Origin: Rickettsiales bacterium
GTDB lineage: Bacteria; Pseudomonadota; Alphaproteobacteria; Rickettsiales; RI-342
Length of the DNA: 64,000 bases
Assembly (NCBI GenBank): GCA_044368015.1
Contig: JBIPLF010000003.1
Location: 8,659-72,658 of the forward strand
Direction of reading: 5' to 3'
Shown: in pieces, positions 42,486 to 52,469 of the stretch
How positions within the stretch are numbered: position 1 is the first letter of the stretch
How the letters are laid out: every line of letters starts with the position of its first letter
Program-made: the position numbers and the translations under genes
Notes under the pieces: generated by a model
What the model was told of the DNA's origin: nothing
The model's database searches: none
The model's input: the letters and a program-made list of their open reading frames with translations, nothing else

Positions 42486-43877
42486 TTATTGAATCACAAT
42501 ATAGAGCGCCATATTGCCGCGCAGCAGGTTCATGAGGATGCCTTTTTTGTTGAGCGCAGCGGCGGCTTGCAGCTCCTCGACATTCGTCACCTTTTTGCGG
42601 TTGACGGAAATCACCACATCGCCGGGACGGAGTCCCGCCTGCGCCGCCGGGCTTTGCGGATCGAGGTCATAGACCATCACCCCTTTGGCTTTGCCGCTTA
42701 GGGGATGATCCTTGGGAATAGGGGAAAACTTGGCCCCCTCCAGCAGCGGAATGCCCTTCAGTGCGCGGTTTTCGTCCTTCGCCCCGGCGCGCACACCGAC
42801 CGTTGCCTTGAGCGGCTTGCCGTCGCGCAGCAGCAGCAGTTGCACGGTAGAATTGAGCGGCGAAAGCCCGACCTTGTTACGCAGTTCGGAGGCGTCTTCC
42901 ACCGGCTTCCCGTTGAAATGGGTGATGACATCGCCCTCCTGAATGCCCGCTTTTTCGGCGGCACTTCCGGCTTCTACTTTCGCCACCAGCGCACCCTCCT
43001 GACTCGGGAGCTTCATCGCCTCTGCCAGTTCCGGCGTGACATTCTGGATATGTACGCCCAGTTGCCCGCGCTTGATCTCCCCATGGGTGATGAGTTGCTG
43101 CATCACCTCGCGTACCATATTGACGGGAATGGCAAACCCGATCCCCACATTGCCGCCGCTGGGGGCAAAAATCGCCGTGTTGATGCCGATCAGCTCGCCC
43201 TTAAAGTTGATGAGCGCCCCCCCGGAATTGCCGGGATTGATGGAGGCATCGGTCTGGATAAAGTCCTCATAGCCCTCAATCCCCAACCCGCTGCGGCCGA
43301 GCGCGCTGACAATGCCAGACGTTACCGTATGGCCAAGCCCGAAGGGGCTACCAATCGCCAGCACGAAGTCCCCTACCTCTGCCTTGTCGGAATTGGCGAT
43401 GGGCAGCGCCACCAGATTAGGAGCCACAATTTGCAGCACCGCGACATCGGTTTCCTCATCTGACCCGATGACTTTGGCCTTGAATCGCCGTTTGTCTTTC
43501 AGCGTGACAAACACCTCATCCGCGCCGCCAATCACATGGCTGTTGGTGATTACATAGCCCTTGGCGGCATCCAGAATCACGCCGGAACCGATGCTCTGTG
43601 CGCGTTGCGAGGGCGCTTCCTCCTGCTGTTGCGGTTGCAGGTCAAACTCGCGGAAGAAATGCCGGAAGAAGGGATCGTTCATCAGCGGATTGGTTTCCGC
43701 CACCGCCTTGGAGGTGGTGGAGATGTTCACCACCGCCGGCAACGCCTGTTTGAGCATCGGCGCCAGCGACGGCGTTTCCTGCGACACAAACGGCAGCGGA
43801 ATCGCGGCGCGGGCGGGCGACCATGCCGCCAAACCGCTGACCAGACTCACAGATAACAGAACGAGCGTGCGTTTCAT
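42486..43877 (-). CDS. Periplasmic serine endoprotease, DegP/DegQ (Do) family
   Basis: Signal peptide, GNSGGAL catalytic serine motif, and two PDZ domains. Start at MKRTLVLL. Confidence 0.92.
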   Translation of the reverse strand: MKRTLVLLSVSLVSGLAAWSPARAAIPLPFVSQETPSLAPMLKQALPAVVNISTTSKAVAETNPLMNDPFFRHFFREFDLQPQQQEEAPSQRAQSIGSGVILDAAKGYVITNSHVIGGADEVFVTLKDKRRFKAKVIGSDEETDVAVLQIVAPNLVALPIANSDKAEVGDFVLAIGSPFGLGHTVTSGIVSALGRSGLGIEGYEDFIQTDASINPGNSGGALINFKGELIGINTAIFAPSGGNVGIGFAIPVNMVREVMQQLITHGEIKRGQLGVHIQNVTPELAEAMKLPSQEGALVAKVEAGSAAEKAGIQEGDVITHFNGKPVEDASELRNKVGLSPLNSTVQLLLLRDGKPLKATVGVRAGAKDENRALKGIPLLEGAKFSPIPKDHPLSGKAKGVMVYDLDPQSPAAQAGLRPGDVVISVNRKKVTNVEELQAAAALNKKGILMNLLRGNMALYIVIQ

Positions 43878-44036
43878 GATAATCCCATCAGGAGAAGGAA
43901 TGAGTAACCCGCATATACGTCCCGGCAGAGTCGAAATCAAGGGTGAGGCTGTATAAAGACAGCGCGATGTCACAAAATATTAATAAAACCCCTGTGGTAT
44001 TCCTGTATATCGTCGTATTATGAAGAGGACACCACC

Positions 44037-45110
44037 ATGAGTGACGTAAACCAACAGCCAGACAGTGAGCGATCCGCTTTCGCCAGAGATTATAATCTCA
44101 CCGCTGCCCGCTCCTATTACAATGATGTACTGGCTGGCCATGCACCGGAACATCCTACCCTTCGCAAAGTGGTCCCCCCATTTGAAGGACCGACGCTCTA
44201 TAGCGCTTACCATATGGGTAACGCCATCTGTTACGCGGCGGATCTGCATGCATGGACACAGCACCCCGATCAGCAGGATCGCCCAGAACGCCCGACCCGC
44301 AACATGATCGGTAATATGCGCGAGGATGCAAACCTCGCCGATGCATTGATCTATGTCGCTGAATTGGAAGCAGGCATCACGGATACCGCTAAACCGGGTA
44401 TGCGCACCCTCTCTCGTAATCCCAATATCGGCAATGTGCTGATGACGCTTGCCGAACGTGAAAGTGGGAAGGACGCGGATGCTGCACTGGAACTCAACGG
44501 CTTGAATCGCTGGCAGAATATCGCCCGTGCGCTGGATTTCTCACAACAAACACTGGATGGCAAAAAGCCTACCCCTCCGGTGATTGACACGAACGAAGCA
44601 GATTCCATACCGCCGGTCATCGCAGCCTCCGGAACCATGGTAGGGGCTGCCATCGGCTCGCTTGTAGGACCCGCTGGAACAGGGGTAGGGGCACTAACGG
44701 GATATATGGTATCAGGAGCCGCGAGTGCCGTCGTTGGCCTCACTAACAACAGCACAGCCAACTGGAACATCTCCGATGCCATCGTTGAGGAAACAATCAA
44801 ACTACGCACGGAAGTAGACGCGCTCAACGCCACCCGGCCTGCCGATCAAGCCTATCAGCCAAGCTGGCGTGGACAGGGTGATAGAACCATCACCGATTTT
44901 CTGGTGGAAGCCTTTACAAAAACCAACCGCCAATATGGCGTGGTTGGGCGTGATATCGGCACGATCGTGGGATGGGAGGTGCTGGATGCCCTCGGTGAAC
45001 AGCGCCGGGAAGTCACCAAATTACGCGGGAGGGAAACGGAAGTCTCCGCGCTGGATGTATCGCATTTGGGGGACATTGCCACCCCCACAAAGGGCGCTGC
45101 CAAAGAGTAA
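44037..45110 (+). CDS. Hypothetical protein with a central glycine-zipper segment
   Basis: 357 aa with GTMVGAAIGSLVGPAGTGVGALTGYMVSGAASAVVG. No family was recognised. Confidence 0.5.
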   Translation: MSDVNQQPDSERSAFARDYNLTAARSYYNDVLAGHAPEHPTLRKVVPPFEGPTLYSAYHMGNAICYAADLHAWTQHPDQQDRPERPTRNMIGNMREDANLADALIYVAELEAGITDTAKPGMRTLSRNPNIGNVLMTLAERESGKDADAALELNGLNRWQNIARALDFSQQTLDGKKPTPPVIDTNEADSIPPVIAASGTMVGAAIGSLVGPAGTGVGALTGYMVSGAASAVVGLTNNSTANWNISDAIVEETIKLRTEVDALNATRPADQAYQPSWRGQGDRTITDFLVEAFTKTNRQYGVVGRDIGTIVGWEVLDALGEQRREVTKLRGRETEVSALDVSHLGDIATPTKGAAKE

Positions 45111-45111
45111 C

Positions 45112-46086
45112 CTAATCCACTTCCCGCATCGCGGTCTGCGACTCGTTATGCTTTTTGTAGAGCGAGAATAGAATCCCCTCGCGCACGCCGCGGTCGGCGA
45201 TGGTGAGCTGATCGGAAGGCCAGAGTTGCAGCATCGCATCCAGAATCGCGCAGCCTGCGGGCAGAAACTGGGCACGGTCGGCCCCCACGCAAGGCACGGC
45301 TTGCAATTCGGCCTCGCTCAAGGAGGTCAGGCGGCGGATCACCCCCTGAAGCGCGGTGCGCGGCAGGCGCATCCCATCCACCTGATGGCGATCATAGAAG
45401 GGTAGCCCCTGATGAATCGCTCCTAGCGTGGTAATCACCCCCGATGCACAGAGCAGTTGCGTGCGCGGGGAAATCATCAGTGAGGCGATTTCCTGCGTAG
45501 CTTCCTCGGCCTGAAAACAGCGCAGGCTTTCCTCTACCATCGCGCCGTAATGGCCGTGCTGCTCGGTGAGTCCCATCAGCCCCAGCGGCATCGAGCACCA
45601 TTGCCGGATTTTCGGCTGCTTGCGGTCTTTCACATGAATCAAAATGCATTCAGTGCTGCCCCCGCCGACATCCACCAGCACGGCATATTCGGCATCTGGC
45701 AACAGTAGCGGCGCGCAGCCGAGAAACGCAAAAATGCTTTCATCCTTGCTGCTGATGATCTGGATATCGAGCCCCAGCGTTTGTTCCATCTCCTCCAGAA
45801 ACGCCATGGCGTTCGCCGCTTTGCGACAGGCTTCTGTTGCCACAAATCGGGTGGCGGCAATGGGGTGGCGGCGTAATTTCTCCGCGCAGATGGCAAGGGC
45901 TTCCCGCGTGCGCTGCATGGCGTCTTCCGAGAGCATACCGGTTTCGGCCACGCCTTCACCCAGCCGCACCACGCGAGAGAAACTCTCCAGCACCCGAAGC
46001 TTTCCCCCCTCCGGTTGCGCGATCAGCATCCGGCAATTGTTGGTGCCGAGGTCGAGTGCTGCAAAAATGGGTTCCCTCACAGACAT
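45112..46086 (-). CDS. Ppx/GppA-family phosphatase
   Basis: AALDLGTNNCRMLI and VDVGGGSTE. Start at MSVREP. Confidence 0.85.
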   Translation of the reverse strand: MSVREPIFAALDLGTNNCRMLIAQPEGGKLRVLESFSRVVRLGEGVAETGMLSEDAMQRTREALAICAEKLRRHPIAATRFVATEACRKAANAMAFLEEMEQTLGLDIQIISSKDESIFAFLGCAPLLLPDAEYAVLVDVGGGSTECILIHVKDRKQPKIRQWCSMPLGLMGLTEQHGHYGAMVEESLRCFQAEEATQEIASLMISPRTQLLCASGVITTLGAIHQGLPFYDRHQVDGMRLPRTALQGVIRRLTSLSEAELQAVPCVGADRAQFLPAGCAILDAMLQLWPSDQLTIADRGVREGILFSLYKKHNESQTAMREVD

Positions 46087-46147
46087 TTTACCCTCATAGC
46101 ATATTGCGGCAGGCTTCCCAGCAAAATATGATACATGCATAGGATAC

Positions 46148-46227
46148 GTCATTGCGAACGACCGTAGGAAGCGCGGCAATCCAGCAGAAAGAATGGATTG
46201 CTTCGTCGCTACGCTCCTCGCAATGAC
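46148..46227. repeat. Family C palindromic repeat, intact 80-bp copy
   Basis: GTCATTGCGAACGACCGTAGGAAGCGCGGCAATCCAGCAGAAAGAATGGATTGCTTCGTCGCTACGCTCCTCGCAATGAC. Confidence 0.9.
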
Positions 46228-46265
46228 GATGTATGTGTCCCTGCGTCTCTCTTAAGGAGTTCCCC

Positions 46266-47237
46266 GTGTTGCCCCACAAACACCCCTCCCCTTCGGCTAT
46301 TCCTTCGGCCCATGCTGTGCTGCGACGCGAGATTGAAGGGTTGGAGGCCCTGCATCAAGCGCTCGATCACCGGTTCGACGATGCCGTGACGCTGCTTGCC
46401 CGTTGCACGGGTCGGGTGGTGGTAACGGGCATGGGCAAAAGCGGCCATATTGCCCGCAAGATTGCCGCCACCATGGCTTCCACCGGCACCCCGGCGATGT
46501 TCGTGCATCCGGGAGAAGCCAGCCATGGCGATCTGGGGATGATCACCCCGGAGGATACGCTCGTGATGCTTTCCAACTCTGGTGAAACGGCCGAGCTGCA
46601 CGCGCTCATCACCTATGCGCAGCGGTTTAGCATTCCGATTGTCGCCATGGTACGACGCCACACCTCCGCGCTGGTGGAAGCCGCCACCGTGGCGCTGGTA
46701 CTGCCCGATATTCCCGAAGCCTCGCCGGTCAATGCCCCCACCACCTCCACCACCATGATGCTGGCGCTGGGCGACGCATTGGCGGTGGCGTTGCTGGAGC
46801 AGCGCGGCTTCACGCCAGAGGATTTCGGTGTGTTTCATCCCGGCGGGAAGCTCGGCAAACAATGGGTGCGCGTGCAGGATCTGATGCATACGGGCAGCGA
46901 GGTTCCGCTGGTGAGTGAGCATACACCCATGCAGGACGTACTGCTGGTGATGACCGAGAAACGCTTTGGTTGCGCGGGCGTGCAGGATGCGTCCGGCGCG
47001 CTTGCGGGCATCATCACCGATGGCGATTTGCGGCGGCATCTGCGCCCCGACCTGCTGGCGCTTGCCGCCCACACCGTGATGACACACACCCCCATCACCG
47101 CCGCGCCGCGTCAACTGGCCGCTGAGGTGCTGGGAGTAATGAACGCCAAAAAAATCACCAGCCTGTTTGTGGTGGAGGGCACCCAACCGGTGGGGATTCT
47201 GCATATCCACGATCTGCTCCGGGCCGGGGTGGCATAA
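46266..47237 (+). CDS. kpsF: Arabinose-5-phosphate isomerase (KpsF/GutQ family; SIS plus tandem CBS)
   Basis: VVVTGMGKSGHIARKIAATMASTGTPA and tandem CBS domains. GTG start at 46266 with AAGGAG upstream. Confidence 0.9.
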   Translation: MLPHKHPSPSAIPSAHAVLRREIEGLEALHQALDHRFDDAVTLLARCTGRVVVTGMGKSGHIARKIAATMASTGTPAMFVHPGEASHGDLGMITPEDTLVMLSNSGETAELHALITYAQRFSIPIVAMVRRHTSALVEAATVALVLPDIPEASPVNAPTTSTTMMLALGDALAVALLEQRGFTPEDFGVFHPGGKLGKQWVRVQDLMHTGSEVPLVSEHTPMQDVLLVMTEKRFGCAGVQDASGALAGIITDGDLRRHLRPDLLALAAHTVMTHTPITAAPRQLAAEVLGVMNAKKITSLFVVEGTQPVGILHIHDLLRAGVA

Positions 47238-47243
47238 ACCCCC

Positions 47244-47852
47244 ATGATCCTCCTCCTTGATACGCATTTTCTGGATTCGGTGCGCGCCCATACGCGCCGG
47301 GTGGTGCGGCTGAAACGCGGTGCCATGTTGCTGGCGATCGTTCTGATTGTCAGCGTGGCGGTCACTACCTGGTTGCGCTCGGAGGGGAACGGCTTTCGCC
47401 TCTCGTTTGAGGGAGGCACCCTGCTACCAGGCGAGGAGCCCAGCATGCTCAAACCCCGCCTGCAAGGGATCGACCAGCGGGGCAACCCCTTCACCGTTAC
47501 GGCAGATATTGCCACGCAGCAGGGCAAAGACCAAATCCTGCTCACCAACGTGCAGGCCGATGCGTTGCTGGGTGATGGCGCATGGCTCGCCGCCATGGCG
47601 AAGGAAGGGGTGCTGACTGTCACCACCCAGCAGATTCAGCTACGCGGCGAGATTCAGCTCTTCCACGATGCGGGGTATGAGGTGCGAACAGACGCGGCGG
47701 ATATGAATCTCATCACCCAGCGCGCCGCAGGAAACAAGCAGGTCAGCGCCCAAGGCCCCATGGGAAGACTCACCGCCACAGGCTTTTCGTGGGACGCCTC
47801 GCAAGGGATACTCCGCTTCACCGGCCCGGTGCATCTGGTGCTGTATCCGTAG
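47244..47852 (+). CDS. lptC: LPS export system protein LptC
   Basis: N-terminal TM anchor, position after kpsF, and an LptC-like beta-jellyroll length. The family call rests on context plus a weak motif. Confidence 0.7.
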   Translation: MILLLDTHFLDSVRAHTRRVVRLKRGAMLLAIVLIVSVAVTTWLRSEGNGFRLSFEGGTLLPGEEPSMLKPRLQGIDQRGNPFTVTADIATQQGKDQILLTNVQADALLGDGAWLAAMAKEGVLTVTTQQIQLRGEIQLFHDAGYEVRTDAADMNLITQRAAGNKQVSAQGPMGRLTATGFSWDASQGILRFTGPVHLVLYP

Positions 47853-47976
47853 CTGGATGACGGATAACTGGAATCGGCATGACTGGTGCTGGTAGTTGGA
47901 AGCCTGCCAACACCACCCTAGTAGTCATCCAATAGTCTAAAATTCCAAATTTCTTGCGTTCTGAATCTCTACGATT

Positions 47977-48273
47977 CTAACCCGCGTTGATCTTCTGCTT
48001 CAGCAGCAGGGATGGATGGAACGACACCACGCGGCGTGGGGTGATCGGCACTTCGATCCCCGTTTTCGGGTTGCGGCCCACGCGTTGTTTTTTGTGGCGC
48101 ACGGAGAAAGTGCCGAACGCGGAGAGTTTGACCATTTCCTCCTGTGTCAGGGCGTCGATCACGGTTTCGAGCACCGTGTCCAGCATCTCCATGCATTCGG
48201 TCATGGACAGGCCGATTTCGCGGTAGATCGCGTCTGCCAGCTCGGCACGGGTGAGGGTTTTGCTGTCTGTCAT
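47977..48273 (-). CDS. ihfA: Integration host factor subunit alpha
   Basis: LTRAELADAIY...FGTFSVRHKKQRVGRNPKTGIEVPITPRRVVSF, located downstream of fabH as in other alphaproteobacteria. Confidence 0.9.
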   Translation of the reverse strand: MTDSKTLTRAELADAIYREIGLSMTECMEMLDTVLETVIDALTQEEMVKLSAFGTFSVRHKKQRVGRNPKTGIEVPITPRRVVSFHPSLLLKQKINAG

Positions 48274-48346
48274 GAGGTGTCTCCTTGGATGATACTGTCC
48301 CCTCAAATCCAGCTTACGCGAGAAAAACAGGACTTGAGTTGCCTTT

Positions 48347-49312
48347 TTACCACCGTATAAAGCAGGCACCCCAGGTAAGTCCAGCGCCAAGTGCGGGTAA
48401 AACCAGATTATTTCCGTGCTGAATCAATCCGTTGCTGACTCCAAACTCCAGCGCCAGCGGAATGGACGCCGCTGAAGTGTTGGCGTGACGATCCACCGTG
48501 AGGATGCATTTTTCCGTGGGAAAGCCTAGTTTTTCGGCTACCGCATCGAGAATCCGGCGGTTGGCCTGATGCGGCACCAGCCAATCGACTTCCGAGAGCG
48601 GCACACCGGCCTTCTCGCAGACCTGCTGCGCGGCGCTGGTCATGCGGGTGACGGCGTGGCGGAACACTTCCTTGCCGACCATTTTCAACACCCCCGCCCG
48701 CTGATTGAGCGACACGCCACCGTCGGTATAGAGGAGATCATGCGTGGTGCCGTCTGCGCCCAAGCTGTAGGCCAGCACTCCACGCGGATGCTCGCTTGCA
48801 GCGGTTTCGGTTTGCAGAATCACCGCACCCGCACCATCGCCAAACAGCACGCAGGTACCGCGATCGGTCCAGTCGATAATGCGGCTGAAAGTTTCGCCCC
48901 CCACCACCAGCGCGGTACGCGCAGCCCCGGCTTTGAGCAGCGCGTCGGCGGTCGCCAGCGCATAGATAAACCCGGAACAGACGGCCTGCACATCAAACGC
49001 CGCGCAAGGTGCAATACCGAGCTTGCGTTGCAAAATCACCGCCGTGGCCGGGAGGGTTTCATCCGGTGTGGTGGTGGCCACGATAATTAGATCTACATCC
49101 GCCGCTGTGAGTCCGGCGCGTTTCAGCGCCTCCCGCGAAGCCGCAGCCGCCAGATCAGAGGTGAGTTCCCCCTCCGCTGCGATATGCCGGGCTTCAATGC
49201 CGGTACGTTCGGAAATCCACTCCGCCGTGGTATCCACCCGGCTTTCCATATCCTGATTGGTCAGGCGAGTGGCGGGCAGATACGCCCCCACCCCGCGAAT
49301 CACGCTAGGCAC
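48347..49312 (-). CDS. fabH: Beta-ketoacyl-ACP synthase III
   Basis: AFDVQAVCSGFIYAL (active-site Cys), HQANRRI and GAGLTWG. Confidence 0.95.
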   Translation of the reverse strand: MPSVIRGVGAYLPATRLTNQDMESRVDTTAEWISERTGIEARHIAAEGELTSDLAAAASREALKRAGLTAADVDLIIVATTTPDETLPATAVILQRKLGIAPCAAFDVQAVCSGFIYALATADALLKAGAARTALVVGGETFSRIIDWTDRGTCVLFGDGAGAVILQTETAASEHPRGVLAYSLGADGTTHDLLYTDGGVSLNQRAGVLKMVGKEVFRHAVTRMTSAAQQVCEKAGVPLSEVDWLVPHQANRRILDAVAEKLGFPTEKCILTVDRHANTSAASIPLALEFGVSNGLIQHGNNLVLPALGAGLTWGACFIRW

Positions 49313-50378
49313 CGCTCATCACCTCCGTCTGGACGGAAGCTGCCTGCGGTGCTTGCTGAGCCATCGCCTCCATCACCCGTTCATTCATGCCGTCGCGCAC
49401 CACCTGAGCCGCCACCCGCACCGCGTTGGCGAAGCCTTCGGTCGTTGCACTACCATGGCTTTTAATCACCACACCGTTTAAGCCGACCAGCATCGCGCCG
49501 TTATAGCGGGCGGGATCGTATTTGCGGGCGAGTTTTTTGAGCGGGATCAGGGCAATCGCAAAACCGATCTTCGCCAGCCACGAGGTTTTGAGCATCGCCT
49601 TCACATCCTTGCCCAGCATCGCGGCGAAGCCTTCCGTCGTTTTGATGCTGACATTGCCGGTGAAGCCGTCGGTCACCACCACATCCACCGTGCCTTTGCT
49701 GAGGTCGGTGCCTTCCACAAATCCCTTGAAATCCTGCGCAAAGAAAGAGGCGCGGAAGCGGGCCGCCGCCTCACGCAACACATCATGGCCTTTCATTTCC
49801 TCGGAGCCGATATTCAACAAGCCAATCGTCGGGGATTCCTTGCCAAACACCACCCGCGCATAGGCGCGGCCCATCACCGCGAACTGGAACAACTGCTCGG
49901 CATCGGTGGCGACATTCGCCCCCACATCCAGCATCACGCAGCGGGCGGTGAGGGTGGGATAGAGCGAGGTAATCGCCGGGCGATCAATGCCGGGGAGGGT
50001 TTTGAGCAATTTGGTGGAGAGGGCCATCAGCGCGCCGGTATTGCCGGAAGAAACGATCGCAGAGGCCTGCTTATCGGCCACCGCCTGAATGGCGAGCCGC
50101 ATGCTGGTCTGTTTGCCCTGACGGATCGCCGCCGAGGGTTTCTCATCCGCTGCAATCGCGTGGTCGGTATGGTGAAGGGTCGCCACACGGGAAAGCGCCG
50201 GATGCTTGGCAAGCAAGGGGGCAATCTTCGCCTCATCGCCGAAGATCAGGAAGGAAAGCCCGGCATCCTCTGCCGCGACCTTGGCAGCGCCTTCAATGAC
50301 AGCAAGCGGCGCGTGATCGCCACCCATCGCATCGAGCGCAATTACCGTGCCTCGCGCCATGTCGGTGGGAAGGCTCAT
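49305..50378 (-). CDS. plsX: Phosphate acyltransferase PlsX
   Basis: IALDAMGGDHAP and SGNTGALMA. Start set at MSLPTD; the longer ORF runs into the upstream family G repeat. Confidence 0.92.
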   Translation of the reverse strand: MSLPTDMARGTVIALDAMGGDHAPLAVIEGAAKVAAEDAGLSFLIFGDEAKIAPLLAKHPALSRVATLHHTDHAIAADEKPSAAIRQGKQTSMRLAIQAVADKQASAIVSSGNTGALMALSTKLLKTLPGIDRPAITSLYPTLTARCVMLDVGANVATDAEQLFQFAVMGRAYARVVFGKESPTIGLLNIGSEEMKGHDVLREAAARFRASFFAQDFKGFVEGTDLSKGTVDVVVTDGFTGNVSIKTTEGFAAMLGKDVKAMLKTSWLAKIGFAIALIPLKKLARKYDPARYNGAMLVGLNGVVIKSHGSATTEGFANAVRVAAQVVRDGMNERVMEAMAQQAPQAASVQTEVMSGA

Positions 50379-50404
50379 GCGAGACGTTGCCTGCAAAGAG
50401 GAAA

Positions 50405-50525
50405 AACCCGCTTCTGTGAGGAAAGCGCGCCGGGATGGACACCGAAAAACATGAGTGTATCCTTCATACATGACATGTTTGGAGAGAGGCTCCAGCCCAA
50501 GCAGATGTTCCGCAGCAGTAGGGTT
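50405..50525 (+). repeat. MITE-like 121-bp repeat, family G, filling the rpmF-plsX spacer
   Basis: It aligns along its whole length with 15287-15408 and abuts the rpmF stop codon. Confidence 0.8.
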
Positions 50526-50711
50526 TTAGGCGTTTATTTTGGCCTGAGTGACCTGCTTACCCTTGTAATGTCCGTCCTCTGCGGCAATATGGTGCGGACG
50601 ATGCGGCGCACCGGTTTCGGCATCGTAGGATACGGCGACCGGTTTCAGCGCATGGTGCGAACGGCGCATATTGCGACGGGATTTGGACGTTTTTCTTTTA
50701 GGAACAGCCAT
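50526..50711 (-). CDS. rpmF: 50S ribosomal protein L32
   Basis: N-terminus [19 protein letters not shown]. Confidence 0.95.
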   Translation of the reverse strand: MAVPKRKTSKSRRNMRRSHHALKPVAVSYDAETGAPHRPHHIAAEDGHYKGKQVTQAKINA

Positions 50712-50744
50712 GATATACCACCTTTATGTTCGGCAAATCTACAT

Positions 50745-51713
50745 ATGAGCGCGGCACCATACGGAAAAGACACGGTTTCGTCAATGCCTCCGTGGGTTAC
50801 GGTGTTGATTATTACCTATAACGCCGGAGACTGGATTCTGCACTGTCTGGAGGGACTGGCGGCGCAGAGCGATTTCCACTTCACCGCGATGCTGGTGGAT
50901 AACGCCTCTACCGACGGTTCGCTGGAGGCGATTCCTGCCTATCCGTGGCTGAAAATCGTGCGTAACCGCGAGAATATGGGGTTTGCGGCGGCCAATAATC
51001 AGGCGGCGAAGCTGGCGGAAACACCGTGGATCGCCCTCCTCAACCCCGATGCCATTCCTGCCCCCGACTGGCTGGCGCAGTTACATGCCGCCACAGACGC
51101 GCATCCGGAATACGCCGTGTTTGGTTCTACGCAACGCCAATTACACGACCCGCACCTCGCCGACGGCTTCGGCGATCAGGTCTGTTACGGCATCCCTTTT
51201 CGTAGCTATTACGGTGCGCGGATGGATGCCCTGCCCACCGCCGACCGCGAGGTGTTTTCTCCCTGTGGGGCCAGCGCCCTGTACAGGCGTGATGTTTTTT
51301 TGCAGCTTGGCGGCTTCGATGCGCGCTTCTTCTGTTATTGCGAGGATGTGGAGCTGGGCTTCAGGCTTCAGGCGGCGGGCTATCGTTGTTTGCAACTGCG
51401 GCACGCGCTGGTGAATCATGCCGGTTCGGCGCTCACCGGCAAGCGCAGTGATTTTTCCACCTATCACGGGTTTCGCAACCGGTTCTGGATGGCGGCCAAG
51501 CACCTGCCCTTCCGGGTACTGGTCATGCATCTGCTGCTGACCAAGCTGCTTTTCTATCAGGCACTCTTCCGCGGACAGGGCCGCTCCGCCTGGCGTGGCT
51601 GGCGGGATGGCATGCGGGGCGCCTGCTCCTTCTGGAAAGAACGCAGCACCACCAGAGCGCCACGCCATACACAATGCTGGAATCTGCGCGTACTGTTGAC
51701 GAGGCGGGCATGA
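50745..51713 (+). CDS. Glycosyltransferase family 2
   Basis: VTVLIITYNAGDWILHCLEGLAAQ, VDNASTDGS and the CEDVELGFRL motif. The 49785-50744 part of the ORF is rejected as antisense read-through. Confidence 0.85.
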   Translation: MSAAPYGKDTVSSMPPWVTVLIITYNAGDWILHCLEGLAAQSDFHFTAMLVDNASTDGSLEAIPAYPWLKIVRNRENMGFAAANNQAAKLAETPWIALLNPDAIPAPDWLAQLHAATDAHPEYAVFGSTQRQLHDPHLADGFGDQVCYGIPFRSYYGARMDALPTADREVFSPCGASALYRRDVFLQLGGFDARFFCYCEDVELGFRLQAAGYRCLQLRHALVNHAGSALTGKRSDFSTYHGFRNRFWMAAKHLPFRVLVMHLLLTKLLFYQALFRGQGRSAWRGWRDGMRGACSFWKERSTTRAPRHTQCWNLRVLLTRRA

Positions 51714-52468
51714 TCGCCATTAAACGGCACCCGCGGGCCAAACGCCTTTCCTTACGCATCACGCGGGAGGGGGTGGCGCAGGTGGTGGCACCTCCACGGG
51801 CGACGGAAAAGCAGATTCACGGATTTGTGGAGCGGCATCGCGGCTGGATGGAGGCGCGTCTGGCCGCCCGTCCCCAACCGGTGCGGATTGGCGAAGGAGC
51901 GACGCTCACCGTGTGCGGTGCGCCCCTCACCCTGCGGCATACGGGGAAGTTGCGGGGAGTGGCGTGGGTGGAATCAGGGGTCAGGATTCAGGATCCAGGA
52001 TTCAGAGAAACAGCTCTTTCTGAATCCTGGATCCCGAACCCTGAATCCACCATCCTGTGGCTCTCCGGCCCGCCCGAACATCTGGGCCGCAAAGCGGTGC
52101 GCTGGCTGCAACAGACCGCCCATGACACGGCGCTTCCCATACTGGATGCCGCCTGTGCGACACTCGGCACGGCGCATGCAGGATTGCGGGTGCGGGATCT
52201 CTCCAGCCGGTGGGGAAGCTGCACCGCGCAAGGGGTGATCACCCTCAATTGGCGGCTGGTCTTCGCCCCGCCGGAGGTGATGCGCTATGTGATCCTCCAC
52301 GAAGCCGCGCATCTGAAACATATGGACCATAGCCCGCGCTTCTGGTCGGTGGTGGCGAGCCTGATGCCGGAATACAAGCAGGCCCGCCACTGGCTAAAAA
52401 CCCACGGCGCGGAGTTGCATGCCTATGGGGTTGATGACGCGATCACAAAAGCTAAGGAGCCGGAATGA
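51710..52468 (+). CDS. M48-family metallopeptidase (YgjP/DUF45-like), with an in-frame family F repeat
   Basis: VILHEAAHLKHMDHSPRFW (HExxH). Its start overlaps the upstream stop (ATGA). Confidence 0.85.
   Translation: MIAIKRHPRAKRLSLRITREGVAQVVAPPRATEKQIHGFVERHRGWMEARLAARPQPVRIGEGATLTVCGAPLTLRHTGKLRGVAWVESGVRIQDPGFRETALSESWIPNPESTILWLSGPPEHLGRKAVRWLQQTAHDTALPILDAACATLGTAHAGLRVRDLSSRWGSCTAQGVITLNWRLVFAPPEVMRYVILHEAAHLKHMDHSPRFWSVVASLMPEYKQARHWLKTHGAELHAYGVDDAITKAKEPE
51973..52048. repeat. Family F palindrome, in frame in the M48 peptidase gene
   Basis: GGGGTCAGGATTCAGGATCCAGGATTCAGAGAAACAGCTCTTTCTGAATCCTGGATCCCGAACCCTGAATCC encodes GVRIQDPGFRETALSESWIPNPES. Confidence 0.9.
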
Positions 52469-52469
52469 T

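Noticed and set aside
46209-47291. 360-aa ORF on the minus strand
   Set aside because: It is antisense to kpsF, with low-complexity His/Gly/Arg-rich translation and no motifs.
49785-50744. 5' two-fifths of the 642-aa plus-strand ORF
   Set aside because: This part runs antisense through plsX, the family G repeat and rpmF. Only the part from ATG 50745 shows glycosyltransferase motifs.
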